A DNA stretch of 54,384 nucleotides from a virus (Duplodnaviria; Caudoviricetes), in the IMG/VR virus record IMGVR_UViG_3300044809_000029, positions 1-54,384 of that record; one strand, written 5' to 3'. The notes beneath the pieces are model-generated. The model saw nothing but the letters and a program-made list of their open reading frames with translations. It did no database searches and was not told the DNA's origin. This document shows, piece after piece, positions 44,332-54,051 of the stretch. The stretch's first letter is position 1. Every line of letters starts with the position of its first letter. The position numbers were made by a program, and so were the translations under genes.

Positions 44332-44797
44332 TGCGGCTCCAGTCCGATCATCTGCTCCAGCGCGCGTCGCTGCCAATCGACCGCCTCCGCTATCAGCGGC
44401 CACGGCGCCTCGCTCATCCCGTACGCGCGGTTTAGGGCGTCACGCGCAGCCCGAATGCACTCGCGGGGAGGAACGCGATTCGGTCCGGCGGGCTCGGTCC
44501 ACGGCACGCCGCGACTTCCGCTTCGGCCAGGACTCGAGGTCATCGGGTCTGCTCCTTCTCGTCAGATGCGACTGGTAACGGCCACCGGTTGCCGTTCGTT
44601 CGTCGCGGACTCGCCTCCGGAGCCACGGTGATCCGGTAGGTGACGATCGCACCATGTCCCAGCGCGTCATAGGTGCGATGGAATCGGCGAAGCTCGGCGG
44701 CGATTGCCTGCCCGACGTCGGCGGTGTCGTGCCAGCCGTTGCCGCTAGCGCGACCGCGGCCCTCTGACTTCTCGCCTTCTACCTTGACGTAGATCAC
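44328..44797 (-). other. Two small hypothetical genes (44328-44543, 44540-44797)
   Basis: Coupled ORFs. Confidence 0.5.
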
Positions 44798-45072
44798 GGC
44801 GACTCCTCGAGCGGGGCGTACGTGGCGGCGAACACGTCCTTGTCGATCACCCATAGCTCGCCGGCTGGCCCTTGCGCGAGCCAGTCACCAGGCTTACCGC
44901 TGTGGTCGCCCTCCATCGCCTCCACGACGAACGACTCGTGGACCTGGCGAGCGCGGATCGTCGCCGTCTTGCGAAACTCGGTGTCTGCCTCGCCCAGTAG
45001 GAAGGTTCCAGCGTGACCGGGGAAATGGGTTCGCCTGCTGCGATCCGGGAGCGAGTCAGGCGTTGGCGTCAT
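44794..45072 (-). CDS. PGDYG-like conserved phage protein
   Basis: EG...GKPGDWLAQGPAGELWVIDKDVFAATY. Confidence 0.75.
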   Translation of the reverse strand: MTPTPDSLPDRSRRTHFPGHAGTFLLGEADTEFRKTATIRARQVHESFVVEAMEGDHSGKPGDWLAQGPAGELWVIDKDVFAATYAPLEESP

Positions 45073-45619
45073 AGAAGGCCCTCGCGAATCCCATCGGAGT
45101 TGCAGAACGAATCGCCGCGCGCTCAGGCCCAGGAGCCACCCGGTGCATCTTCGAGCCCTCGGTCGCAGCGACGGGCTGACGCACCGGCGGGTTGAACGTC
45201 CCCCAGAGGCACGTGAACTTCGTGTACGGGTCGCCGTGGTGGCTGGGCTGGAACGTGTACGTCGGCGGCCCGAGGTACTTCGAGAGCTTCCCCGCGGGGT
45301 TCTCCAGCGCCCACCACGCCGGCTGGGTCATCAGCACGATCCGCAGGCACGCGTCGACGATCGACAGGCCCTCGCGCATCTCGTCATCGGTCCGGGGCCA
45401 GCGAGCTCCGGACTGCGCGAACACGGTGCAGGGGGGCGCGGCGAGGATGCCATGCACGGGCTTGGAGGGGAGATGGAGCAGGCGGACGTCCTGGCCGTGC
45501 TCGAGGTCGACGCGCACGACGTCGTACCCGTCCTCTTCGTAGGGGCGGCTCCAGTTGCCGGTGCGGTCGCAGAGGCTCAGGATGAGCTGCGGCCGGCGGA
45601 GCGCGAAGACCTCGCCCAT
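45056..45619 (-). CDS. Compact C5 DNA cytosine methyltransferase
   Basis: LSLCDRTGNWS (variant motif I), LAAPPCTVF, WALENP. Confidence 0.82.
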   Translation of the reverse strand: MGEVFALRRPQLILSLCDRTGNWSRPYEEDGYDVVRVDLEHGQDVRLLHLPSKPVHGILAAPPCTVFAQSGARWPRTDDEMREGLSIVDACLRIVLMTQPAWWALENPAGKLSKYLGPPTYTFQPSHHGDPYTKFTCLWGTFNPPVRQPVAATEGSKMHRVAPGPERAAIRSATPMGFARAFYDANA

Positions 45620-47023
45620 CAGCCGATCACCCTGACCTCGACAAGCCTGCCGCCGACGTAACGCCGCACGGTCAGTCCCAGCCAAGGCGCCCAGTTCTCT
45701 TTGCTGGGGAGCGAGTCAGCCATTCGGCAGCCCGAGCTTGAACTCGTCGTTGATCCACGTCACGGCCGTGAGCGTCAGGTGGTTGGCGAGCGCCTCGCGC
45801 TGGCCATCTGTCGCCTTCACGCTCCCGAACGTCTCGATGGCGCGATCCGCCAGCGCCAGAGCAAGGGTGGCTCCGTCAACAGACCCCAAAGGGTGGAGGA
45901 GCGGGTCAGGTGTCACGCGAGCCTCTCGATGCACCACACCGTGGCCTGCGGGCCCTGCACAGGCGCCGGGTGGAAGTGGTCGCCCTGCGGCGGGTTCTCG
46001 TTCAGGTCCGCAGCGAGCGCCTCAGCGTCAGCCCGTGACGGGCACACGACCATGCCGATGCCGTGGTCGCTGTTGTCGAAGTAGCGCACGACCCACGACC
46101 GCCCCTCACGCTCGAACGAGAAGGCCGGGTAGCCGACGGTGCCGATCAGACTCGCTGGGCGCATATGGGTCTCCTTCGCCTTCCGAGCCGCAGCCCACTT
46201 CGCCCGCAGCGCGACACCCGGCGTCAGGCCCCCGAGCCCCAGGCACGCTGAGCACGCCCACCACATGCCGCCGTCAACGTGGCGGCCGTCGCTGAGGTAG
46301 CCCGGGCCGTAGACACCGCCGAAGCCGGAGCAGGCCGGGCATTCCACATCGCCCTCAGCAAGCGCCATTGAAGAAGGCGACTGGTTAGACATTCGCGCGC
46401 TCCTTCGATCGCGATGTCGGGCGTTCCTTGATCGTGATGTCAGTACCGCAGTTGGCGAGGATCAACTCGACGAGATGCCCGACGTGCGCCTGTCCGGCAG
46501 TGATGACGAAGCCGCGGTGCTCGCCCTTGTGGTCCGTCCATTTGATGTCGATGGAGCTCACCTGCGCTCCTCCTTGAATGGCAGGCTGGGGCTGTCGCCG
46601 TGCAGCGGGCACGTCCCCAGCGGTTCGTCGCCCATGTAGGGCGGTTCGTAGGCCAGGTCGTATTCGGCGCAGGCGTCGCACACGTCCTGAAGCTCGTGCC
46701 GTAGCGGGTTGCCGCACGGGCACGTCATGTACCCAGCTAACTCGGAGTGTCGAAGGAGCGGGTCAGACACTTTCGGCCTCCGTGATGCGCACCCAGAGAT
46801 GGGTGTGGTGCGTCGCGTTCCAAGCGCGCTCGGCGGCATCTGCGTCCTCGCCCGCCGGGAATCCCACGTACTCGTTGAGGTAGCGCGCGTGCAGGTAGAG
46901 CCACACGTCGCCGTTCTCCTGACGCTCGCAGCCCACGACGAGCGCCGCGCCCATGAGAGCAGCGACCGGACTCGACGTGAACTCGACCACGCTGCCTTGC
47001 CGATCTTCCGAGCGAGCCGTCAT
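45619..47023 (-). other. Run of small coupled hypothetical genes, several with CxxC pairs
   Basis: ORFs ending at 45716, 45913, 46385, 46558 and 46763 tile the region. Confidence 0.55.
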
Positions 47024-47760
47024 GCCGCCTTCTCCAGCTCGCTCGCTTCCATCGCCCGCTCAAGCGCGACCATCCACGATCCGAACCGCTGCCGGAGAAC
47101 CCCAATCGTTGGGGCTACCCCGCCTGTCGACCACTGTTCGTACTCCCTCGCGGCGGGCCAGTGACCAAGCTCCGCAGCGCAGTCCTCGAGTGCCATCAGC
47201 AAGCCGTCCTCGCTGATGCGGTTGCGGTAGACCTTCGGCCGGTTCTCCGCGACGACTCGCAGCCCGGCTGCGGCGACAACGTTCCGCCAGCTACCGAACC
47301 GCCAGATCATGGTCGGCCGTGATGGCATCGTCCCGCCGGACCGGCTTGCGGCGCTGTCGTAGTTGGTGCAGGACACGCGACCGTCGATCGCGACCGAGCG
47401 GATCGCCTCGAAGATCGCCTCGTTGGTCCATTGCACCTTTCCCGTGGCACGCGCCGCTGCGCCGCGCCGGCCTTCCATGCTTGCGAGGTGCGTCCTGTTG
47501 CAGCGACGGCAGCGCTTCGGGACGCCTCCGGCGATGTAGGACGTTGGGGCTCCGCAGTCGCCGCAGGTGCCGCCGTAGCGAGCCTTACGGGCCCGCGCTG
47601 CCTCGCCGGTGGGGTCGTAGTAGGCGCTCGTCACCGACGAGACGGCGACGCCCATCGTGTCCGCGATCTCCTTGAATGTGCAGCCCTGCTCCTTGAGGAG
47701 GCAGACCCATTCGTGGCGCTCGGCGCGGCGCATACGGACGCCGTTCGGGTTCGCACTCAT
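47020..47760 (-). CDS. HTH + Zn finger + homing-endonuclease-associated repeats
   Basis: TFKEIADTMGV; CGDCG...CRRC; two P....I/L..RFGSW repeats. Confidence 0.78.
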   Translation of the reverse strand: MSANPNGVRMRRAERHEWVCLLKEQGCTFKEIADTMGVAVSSVTSAYYDPTGEAARARKARYGGTCGDCGAPTSYIAGGVPKRCRRCNRTHLASMEGRRGAAARATGKVQWTNEAIFEAIRSVAIDGRVSCTNYDSAASRSGGTMPSRPTMIWRFGSWRNVVAAAGLRVVAENRPKVYRNRISEDGLLMALEDCAAELGHWPAAREYEQWSTGGVAPTIGVLRQRFGSWMVALERAMEASELEKAA

Positions 47761-48563
47761 GCGCCCGTCCCCGGCCACTGGCGGACGCTGATCGCGTCGA
47801 TGACCTCCTGCGGACTGATCCCCGCTAAGTAGTTCGCCGTCGTAGCCAGATTCGAGTGCCCCAACTGCCGGGACACGAGATGGATCGGCGTGCCCTCCCG
47901 AGCAAGCTCACAAGCATGGGCATGGCGAAGCTGGTGAGGCGCCATGCGATGCGGGATCTTCGCCCGGACCCGGAACGTCCTGAGCAGCCCCCGCACATAC
48001 GCCGGATGGACGCGGTTCCCCATCGACGGAGCGTTCACCGTGCAGAACAACGGCGACCCCTCCGGCACGCGAAGCATCGCCCGCACCATGAGCCAACGAC
48101 TGATCTCCAAGAGGCCGCCCTGGTCGATCCCCGACACGCGCCGCTTCGATCCCTTCCCCGACATCACGGTCACCGTCCGGTTCGTGAAGTCGATCTCGTG
48201 CGGCAGCAACGCGAGCGCCTCGCTGATCCTGAGCCCGCTCCGCCACAACGTCACGAGCAACGCCCGATTCCGCACCCCGCGCTTCGTCTTCGGATCGCAC
48301 AAGTCCAGGAGGCGGAGCATCTCCTCCGGCGACGGAGGAGAAGCCGGGAAGCGCTTCCCCTTGTTGCGAGGAGCGACGCCGGCGTTGTAGCCGGGCATCG
48401 TGATCGGGCTCCGGTAGCGGCCCGCAGGCGCGGCGTCAGCCGGGACGGTGAGCCCCGTCGCGGGGTCCTCGAGCCACTGCACTTGACGAAGCGGGAAGCG
48501 GCGCCACCGGGAGGTGTGGCCGACGAGCGTCACCTCGCCGCGGAGACGGACACGGGTCGTCAT
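47757..48563 (-). CDS. Tyrosine recombinase (catalytic domain with short N-terminal arm)
   Basis: SGLRISE, GKGSK, HQLRH, LGH, TANY. Confidence 0.92.
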   Translation of the reverse strand: MTTRVRLRGEVTLVGHTSRWRRFPLRQVQWLEDPATGLTVPADAAPAGRYRSPITMPGYNAGVAPRNKGKRFPASPPSPEEMLRLLDLCDPKTKRGVRNRALLVTLWRSGLRISEALALLPHEIDFTNRTVTVMSGKGSKRRVSGIDQGGLLEISRWLMVRAMLRVPEGSPLFCTVNAPSMGNRVHPAYVRGLLRTFRVRAKIPHRMAPHQLRHAHACELAREGTPIHLVSRQLGHSNLATTANYLAGISPQEVIDAISVRQWPGTGA

Positions 48564-48991
48564 GCTGCTGCCTCTCGTTCGGGAACCCACCGCTGACCGG
48601 ACAGGCGAAAGACGACGCTAAGCGGGTCGGAGTAGTGGGACTGCATGTGAGCGAGCTCCGCCTCGAACCCTCGGCCCGCTAGGTGCGGCAGGAGGTCGAG
48701 GCGGCCGTCGTCGAAGTCACGGTGATGACGGCGACACAACGCGATCACGCAGTCCGCGTGGTCGCAGCCTCGGAAGCTCCTCGGCGTCAAGTGCGCGGCG
48801 TCGCATTCCAGGCTCGCGCACTCGATCACCGTGCAGACCTGGACGCTGGTCTTCGCGCGCTGCTCCGGGCTCGCCGCCGTGAAGGAACGCCGGGGGCGCT
48901 GGCTCGCGCTGCGGAGCGGTGTCGGTTTCGCTGCGAACGTCGTGCCTCTGGCGAGGCTCTTGGCGCCGGCCTTGAGCGGGGAGCGCCTCAT
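48560..48991 (-). CDS. HNH-like nuclease (Nin/Ref-like)
   Basis: MRRSPLK; C...C...DAAHL...ALCRRHH..FD. Confidence 0.72.
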   Translation of the reverse strand: MRRSPLKAGAKSLARGTTFAAKPTPLRSASQRPRRSFTAASPEQRAKTSVQVCTVIECASLECDAAHLTPRSFRGCDHADCVIALCRRHHRDFDDGRLDLLPHLAGRGFEAELAHMQSHYSDPLSVVFRLSGQRWVPEREAAA

Positions 48992-49707
48992 GCGGCCAAC
49001 TCCGGGGCGATTCGCTCGGCGAACGCTTCGCCAGCGACGAGCGCGTGCAGAGCGGGGGTCGGCCAGAACCATTCGGTGTGGAAGGGCAGGTCCTCGACCG
49101 TGTTCGCCCACGACTTGTCACGCGTCTCCCAGAACACCTGGTGCAGCCACCGCTCGATCCGTGAGCTAGTAGCGCCGGGTAGGACGCAGAGGATCTCGCC
49201 GTCGTAGCCGCGCTTGCGCGCTTCGCTGATGACCCCTCGCGCTCGGCCGGAGACGTGGACGCCAGACATTCCGATCTTGCAGAGCCCGACGCTGCTTCCG
49301 ACCACGTAGACGCCCGGTCCGTTGTAGGAAGCGCACACGGCGCCGTTCCACCACGGCGCCGAACACCACTCGCATGGCTCCGAGCCGCGATGGTGCCAGC
49401 GGCCCTCATCGCAAGCCCAGCAGAAATCGCTCGCGCGTGACGGAGGCTTGTACGGAGAAATGTTGGGGTTCCAGAAGGGTTCTTCCTCTTCCTGGATGAG
49501 CGGTCGGGACGGGACGGGCAAGGTCGGGACGGGACGGGACGGGACGGGACGGGACGCGATCGCGCGTACGTGAGGCGAGCCGTCGATCACTTCGCGCAGC
49601 CCGCCGCTGAACACCTCGCCGCGCAGCCGTTCAGCGACTTCTTCGACGGCCAGTCCTACGGGCCGTAGGGCGCGTCGTCCAACAGTTCGTCTAACGAGTC
49701 GTTGCAC
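48988..49707 (-). CDS. PVPSR-repeat protein with GIY-YIG-like C-terminus; possible second half of the replication gene
   Basis: VYVV...CKIGMS...R...IERWLHQVF...TEWF. Confidence 0.6.
   Translation of the reverse strand: MQRLVRRTVGRRALRPVGLAVEEVAERLRGEVFSGGLREVIDGSPHVRAIASRPVPSRPVPTLPVPSRPLIQEEEEPFWNPNISPYKPPSRASDFCWACDEGRWHHRGSEPCEWCSAPWWNGAVCASYNGPGVYVVGSSVGLCKIGMSGVHVSGRARGVISEARKRGYDGEILCVLPGATSSRIERWLHQVFWETRDKSWANTVEDLPFHTEWFWPTPALHALVAGEAFAERIAPELAA
49506..49555 (+). repeat. (GGGAC)n pentanucleotide tandem repeat
   Basis: Two copies at 49506-49515 and six at 49526-49555. Confidence 0.9.
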
Positions 49708-50056
49708 GAGCCGTTCCGTTCGTCGTTGGGCGACCCTTGTGGCTGCTCTTGCCCGCCTTACTCCGTTGCTCTCGGTCAGCTTCGATCTGCGCCTTCGACC
49801 GGTTGTGCTCGAGGAAGTCGGGGATCGCGAAGGCGCCGGACGGGAGCCGTTGGATCAGGAGGGAGCGCTCCAGAGCGTCGAGCGCCTTCGTGTCCTTGCC
49901 GACGATCGTCTGGACGACCTCGGCGGGGACTCGCCCGTCAGTGAGGTAGCAGCCGCTGTAGGAGAGCAAGCGCGCGAAGATGCCGGCGGCGGTGTTCCCC
50001 ACGACGATGACCTTCGGGTTCATCCAGAATCCGTCGTCGAGCTTGGCCCAGGACAT
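49691..50056 (-). CDS. Replication initiator N-terminal wHTH domain
   Basis: MSWAKLDDGFWMNPKV...LTDGRVP...IPDFLEHN. Confidence 0.75.
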   Translation of the reverse strand: MSWAKLDDGFWMNPKVIVVGNTAAGIFARLLSYSGCYLTDGRVPAEVVQTIVGKDTKALDALERSLLIQRLPSGAFAIPDFLEHNRSKAQIEADREQRSKAGKSSHKGRPTTNGTARATTR

Positions 50057-50358
50057 CAGGCTGCTTCCACGAGATCGAGCTGCGGCTCCGCCTGGTCGTG
50101 CGCGCGCACGCGCGTCACCTGTGGCTCGAACGGATCGACCTGCAACCAATAGCGGTAGCGGCCCGGCCGTAGTTCCGCGGTGAATACGACGAGGCCAAGC
50201 TCGCGCATCTCGTGGAGGCGAGCCCCGAACCTGGATCCGCCCACATCGGGCTGACAGAGGGCCGTGTTCGTCGTGCCTTTCTGGCCGGCCTCGCGGAGCG
50301 CGTAGAGGACCCTTCTCGCGCTCGGGCGGATGCTCTTGAGGGGGATCTCGCCGGTCAC
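50056..50358 (-). CDS. Winged HTH protein
   Basis: RVLYALREAG...RFGARLHEMRELG. Confidence 0.7.
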   Translation of the reverse strand: MTGEIPLKSIRPSARRVLYALREAGQKGTTNTALCQPDVGGSRFGARLHEMRELGLVVFTAELRPGRYRYWLQVDPFEPQVTRVRAHDQAEPQLDLVEAA

Positions 50359-50786
50359 GACTTGATCTCCGGGTAGCGGCCCGCAGCGAGCGCGTGACGA
50401 ACCTGGGACGCGGTGAGGGGCGGGCCGCCGAAGTCGAACGCCATCACCCGTCCGATCGCGCCGCATCCCATGCCCGCCCGCTCCTTGAGGGCGCGCATCC
50501 GAGTGAGCTTGAACTCCGCGGTCGCGCGAGCGCCGATGTGGTCGGCAAGACGTCCCGACCTGCGGCCGGCGGCTTCTCGTTTGCGACGCCGATCGTTGGC
50601 AGCGTCGCGCTCAACGAGTTCCGGGTCTGTCCATCGCTTGACGGTCCTCTCGGACACGGTGATGCCGTCCTCGGCGAAGAACCGCACGATGGCCCGCTCA
50701 CCCCATCCCGCGTCGTGGTAGCGGCGGGCCTGGGTGACGACGGTCATGGGGTGCCGGCGCGCGTGCGGGGAGGTCGTGGCGCTCAC
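50355..50786 (-). CDS. HTH DNA-binding protein
   Basis: GWGERAIVRFFAEDGITVSERTVKRW. Confidence 0.65.
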   Translation of the reverse strand: MSATTSPHARRHPMTVVTQARRYHDAGWGERAIVRFFAEDGITVSERTVKRWTDPELVERDAANDRRRKREAAGRRSGRLADHIGARATAEFKLTRMRALKERAGMGCGAIGRVMAFDFGGPPLTASQVRHALAAGRYPEIKS

Positions 50787-51109
50787 GGCGTCGTCCTCGC
50801 AGGCGGGTGGCAGATTCCGCACCGTGGCCCGTCGTCAGCGGTCCAGTCAGAGGGGCGGTGACGCGGGTAGGAGCAGTAATCCACGACCGGACCAGCGGGC
50901 TTCGACGCCGCGACGATCTCCTGGATCGGCTTGTAGTAGACGCGCTCGAAGTCCCCGCCGTGCTCGATCACGAGCTCGCGGGTGATCTCCGCGCCTAGGA
51001 GCTTTCCGTCCTCGTAGACGGCGTGGTCGCGGACGCATAGGCCCCTCGTGGGGATCGGGTCCGCGGGGCGCAGGTCGACGATCTCGCCGATGGTGCTCGG
51101 GAGCTTCAT
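50783..51109 (-). CDS. Hypothetical protein
   Basis: Coupled ORF; C-terminal C..CHP. Confidence 0.6.
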   Translation of the reverse strand: MKLPSTIGEIVDLRPADPIPTRGLCVRDHAVYEDGKLLGAEITRELVIEHGGDFERVYYKPIQEIVAASKPAGPVVDYCSYPRHRPSDWTADDGPRCGICHPPARTTP

Positions 51110-51651
51110 GAGCGCGCATCCCGCGCCGCCTGCACGGCAGCGAAGTCGTCAGGGTCGCCGCCGTGGTCGGGGTGCGTCGCCATGAGCGCCTGCCGGATGC
51201 CTCCGTGCTCGCGGATGATCTCCTCGCCGCGTGCGGGGCTCGGCCCGCCAGCCTCCAGCGCCTTCCAGCCCCGGTACTGCTCACCGCGCTTGGCGATTCC
51301 GTAGCGGTCAACCCTGCGCAGCGCCTCCAGGCCGAGAGCGATGGCGCGCACGTTGTCCTGCCAGTCGTCGAACACGTCCGTCGCGTACTCCAGCGGCCCG
51401 TGGCGGCTCTCGAAGGACACGATGACGCCGGGGTGCGTCGGGCGAGCGTGGGCCCGGATGCGTCCGTCGAGGCGTAGGTCATCCTCGGTGATCGCGATCT
51501 GCATCACGGCCTGCCGCCCGCCGAGCAGCCCGACTTCGCGTTCGAGCAGGGTCACGGTGTCGGACCACGCCGTCTTGAACTGCGAGCGCCTCCGTCCGCG
51601 CGTCTCGGCGTGAGGCCAGAGCACGATGGGTCGAGTGACGACGACGGTCAC
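51106..51651 (-). CDS. J-domain (DnaJ-like) protein
   Basis: HPGVIVSF...DNVRAIALGLEALRRVDRYG; C-terminal HPDHGG. Confidence 0.82.
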   Translation of the reverse strand: MTVVVTRPIVLWPHAETRGRRRSQFKTAWSDTVTLLEREVGLLGGRQAVMQIAITEDDLRLDGRIRAHARPTHPGVIVSFESRHGPLEYATDVFDDWQDNVRAIALGLEALRRVDRYGIAKRGEQYRGWKALEAGGPSPARGEEIIREHGGIRQALMATHPDHGGDPDDFAAVQAARDARS

Positions 51652-51896
51652 GAGCGGCACCCAGGGAAGTCGGCCCCGATCGCGCCGGGCGGGTCCATGC
51701 GGTCGACGAACACCGCGGCCTCGTAGCGAGCCGGGATCGGTGTCTGGAACTCCCTCGCGGGCTCCTGCACGAGCGGGTTCATCCAAGCGAGCGTGCTCAC
51801 GCTCCCGGATCCGTGTCTCGTGGCGGGCCTGCAACGAGACAGCATTCCTGGAGTCCTCGTGCTGGTCGTGGGACTCCGCTGCGGTCAGGTGACGGC

Positions 51897-52295
51897 TCAT
51901 GCGGCCCTCGGCGTCCACTGGGGCTGCTGCCCCGCGTCGTCCAAGCCGTGGACGCGCCGGCTCCATTCGAGGAACACCTGAACGTCCTTGCGGTCAGCGG
52001 TGTGGCGCCACGCGCGCTGCTGCGCGGCTTCCAGGACGCCCTTCGCAACGTCGCGGTGATAGCGGAGGTCAGCGACGTGCGGCTCCCCGCGAGCCATGTC
52101 CTGCGCCACGGTCCACGCGACCTTCTCGTCCGCGTGCTGGCGGGTGATCTCCTTCGCGAGCGCGACCCGGTAGAGGCGCTCCGCTTCGGCGAGGTCAGCG
52201 GAGGCTTCGCGGACGACCTGCTCGCCGGCCTTCTGCGCCTCGGCAGCGCGGCGCGCCGCCGCGACCGCGTCCGGGAAGTCGTAGGGCTGCGTCAT
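51897..52295 (-). CDS. Helical protein of the recombination module
   Basis: AEAERLYRVALAK...ADLRYHRDVAKG; follows the exonuclease. Confidence 0.65.
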   Translation of the reverse strand: MTQPYDFPDAVAAARRAAEAQKAGEQVVREASADLAEAERLYRVALAKEITRQHADEKVAWTVAQDMARGEPHVADLRYHRDVAKGVLEAAQQRAWRHTADRKDVQVFLEWSRRVHGLDDAGQQPQWTPRAA

Positions 52296-53152
52296 GCCGC
52301 CGCCTTCTCCGCTCGCCGCCGCGCCGCTCGGCGAGCCTCGACGCGCTTGCGGGCCTTCGCGACCAGCACGAGCGAATCCCACTCCTCCGGCTCAACATCG
52401 CAGTCCTCGAACGCGAAGCCGCCCTGGTCGTCGATGCCGACGATCAGGATCCGCTCCGGCGGCTCGAGCCCGCAGAACGGGAACGCTTCCGCGTAGCCTC
52501 GCGTCTGCCAGTGCGCCTCCGCGTAGATGCGTCCCTTGCCGGTCTTGTAGTCGATGAGGGTCCGGGCGCCGTCGACCATCGCGTACAGGTCCGGGCGGCC
52601 CGCGTAGCCCTGCTCGGGGTGGCAGATCAGGAACTCGGAGGCGATCGGCGTCGGGCGGAGCGCGTGCCACGCACGGAGAGCGCCGAGAAGCCACATCTTC
52701 CACGCGGGCGGGAACGCCTCCACGTCCACGGGTTGGCCGTTCGCGAGTCCCTGGAAGACCGCGTGGATCGCTTGGCCACGCTCGCTCGCTTCATCGCGTG
52801 CAGCGTCCGCGCCGAGGTCGAGGAAGCGCACGCGCTCCGCCCACTCCTCCTCCGGGACGCCGTCCAGCTCGCCGAGGCGGGCCGCGCGGACACCGCCACG
52901 GACACCACGGTCCTCGTGCCACCAGTAGAGGGCTTGCTTCTCGAAGATGCCGACGATGTCCGAGACGGAGAAGTCCAAGGGCTCCCCGTCGAGGTAGTAG
53001 CCGCGGCGCTCCTTCTTCGCGGGCTCTCCCTTGAGCGTCAGCCACTCGCCCTTACGGAAGTGCTCGAAGCGGAGCAGGCCGGCGGGGTGCTCGGTCTCGA
53101 TGACGGTCCCCCCGACGATGCGGTCCGGGGTGAGGAACGCGGCGGCGGTCAC
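52292..53152 (-). CDS. PD-(D/E)XK exonuclease (RecE/Cas4-like)
   Basis: ERGQAIH...YAGRPDL...LIDYKTG...Q..GY. Confidence 0.85.
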   Translation of the reverse strand: MTAAAFLTPDRIVGGTVIETEHPAGLLRFEHFRKGEWLTLKGEPAKKERRGYYLDGEPLDFSVSDIVGIFEKQALYWWHEDRGVRGGVRAARLGELDGVPEEEWAERVRFLDLGADAARDEASERGQAIHAVFQGLANGQPVDVEAFPPAWKMWLLGALRAWHALRPTPIASEFLICHPEQGYAGRPDLYAMVDGARTLIDYKTGKGRIYAEAHWQTRGYAEAFPFCGLEPPERILIVGIDDQGGFAFEDCDVEPEEWDSLVLVAKARKRVEARRAARRRAEKAAA

Positions 53153-54051
53153 GGCTTCGCCCCGTTGATCTCGTCCGCGAGCCGGCGGATCTCGTCGTCG
53201 CTCGCGTCCGTGTCGGCCTTGCGGTTCAGCCACCGCTCGACCTTCGCGGCCTGCATCGCCGTCAGGGACCGCATCGCCGCGGTCGCCGCGGTCTTATTCG
53301 AGAGGTCCCCGACCTCCGTGCCGAGGACGTGCCCGACCGCCTTGCCGAGGTTGTCCTGCTGGCCGATGATCCACGCGGCGTCGACGAGCTCGCGGGCCTT
53401 CTCGTCGCTGATCGGCTCCCCCTCCGCGGCTTCCTGCTGGGAGCGTGTCGGCTGCGCTTGCTCTCGCGCTGCGGCAGGGTCGACGTCGGGCTCGTAGTCG
53501 GTCGCGCCGGTGTAGACGCTCGCGCCGACCCCGACGAGCGCGAAGGCGCGCTTGGCGGCGTTCGTGAACGTGCCCTTGAAGAGGTTGCCCTCCGTGGAGC
53601 CGCGGTTCATGCCGCCGTAGCTCGAGCGGGAGACGAGCACCGGACCGCCGAGCGCCCCGATGTTGACGGTGACCAGGCAGAGCTTCCCGTCCTGCTCGTA
53701 GGCGTGCTCGTAGTGCCACCACAGCGGCGTGAGAACGGCGTCCATGCGGTCGACGCAGACCTGCACGCTTCGGATGCCCTTGGAGGCGTAGGGCTTGCCG
53801 GTGCCGGCGGTCGCTTCGATGAGGAAGCCCTCCGGGATCGGCACGCGCAGGAGCGGGGCGAGCTTGAGGAAGAGGGCGGCGTCGAGTTCGGTCGCGTCCT
53901 CGCGGATCGCGGCGGCGAGCTCGGCGATCTCGGCCTCGGCCTTCACGGCGGCGTCGTACGCGGCCGGGGTCGCCTCGATCTTCTTCACGTCGTTGCCGCT
54001 CGAGCTCGCGCGCTGGCGCTTGCGGGAGCGGGTGCCGTTGGCGGCGCTCAC
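53149..54051 (-). CDS. Rad52/Rad22-like ssDNA annealing protein
   Basis: DRMDAVL.P..W...KGTFTNAAKRAFALVGVG..VY. Confidence 0.8.
   Translation of the reverse strand: MSAANGTRSRKRQRASSSGNDVKKIEATPAAYDAAVKAEAEIAELAAAIREDATELDAALFLKLAPLLRVPIPEGFLIEATAGTGKPYASKGIRSVQVCVDRMDAVLTPLWWHYEHAYEQDGKLCLVTVNIGALGGPVLVSRSSYGGMNRGSTEGNLFKGTFTNAAKRAFALVGVGASVYTGATDYEPDVDPAAAREQAQPTRSQQEAAEGEPISDEKARELVDAAWIIGQQDNLGKAVGHVLGTEVGDLSNKTAATAAMRSLTAMQAAKVERWLNRKADTDASDDEIRRLADEINGAKP

Noticed and set aside
45056-45619. Restriction-modification system
   Set aside because: Orphan methyltransferase with no adjacent restriction enzyme; common phage anti-restriction gene
47757-48563. Shufflon or tail-fibre invertase
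   Set aside because: No inverted repeat pairs or reversed fibre cassettes found by eye, and the gene is far from fibre genes; a computed repeat search would be needed to exclude it fully
49506-49555. CRISPR array or DGR repeat
   Set aside because: Simple 5-bp tandem repeat with no spacers; no cas operon or reverse transcriptase seen in the window
52292-53152. Cas4 as evidence of a CRISPR system
   Set aside because: Paired with a Rad52-like SSAP, so an ordinary phage recombination exonuclease
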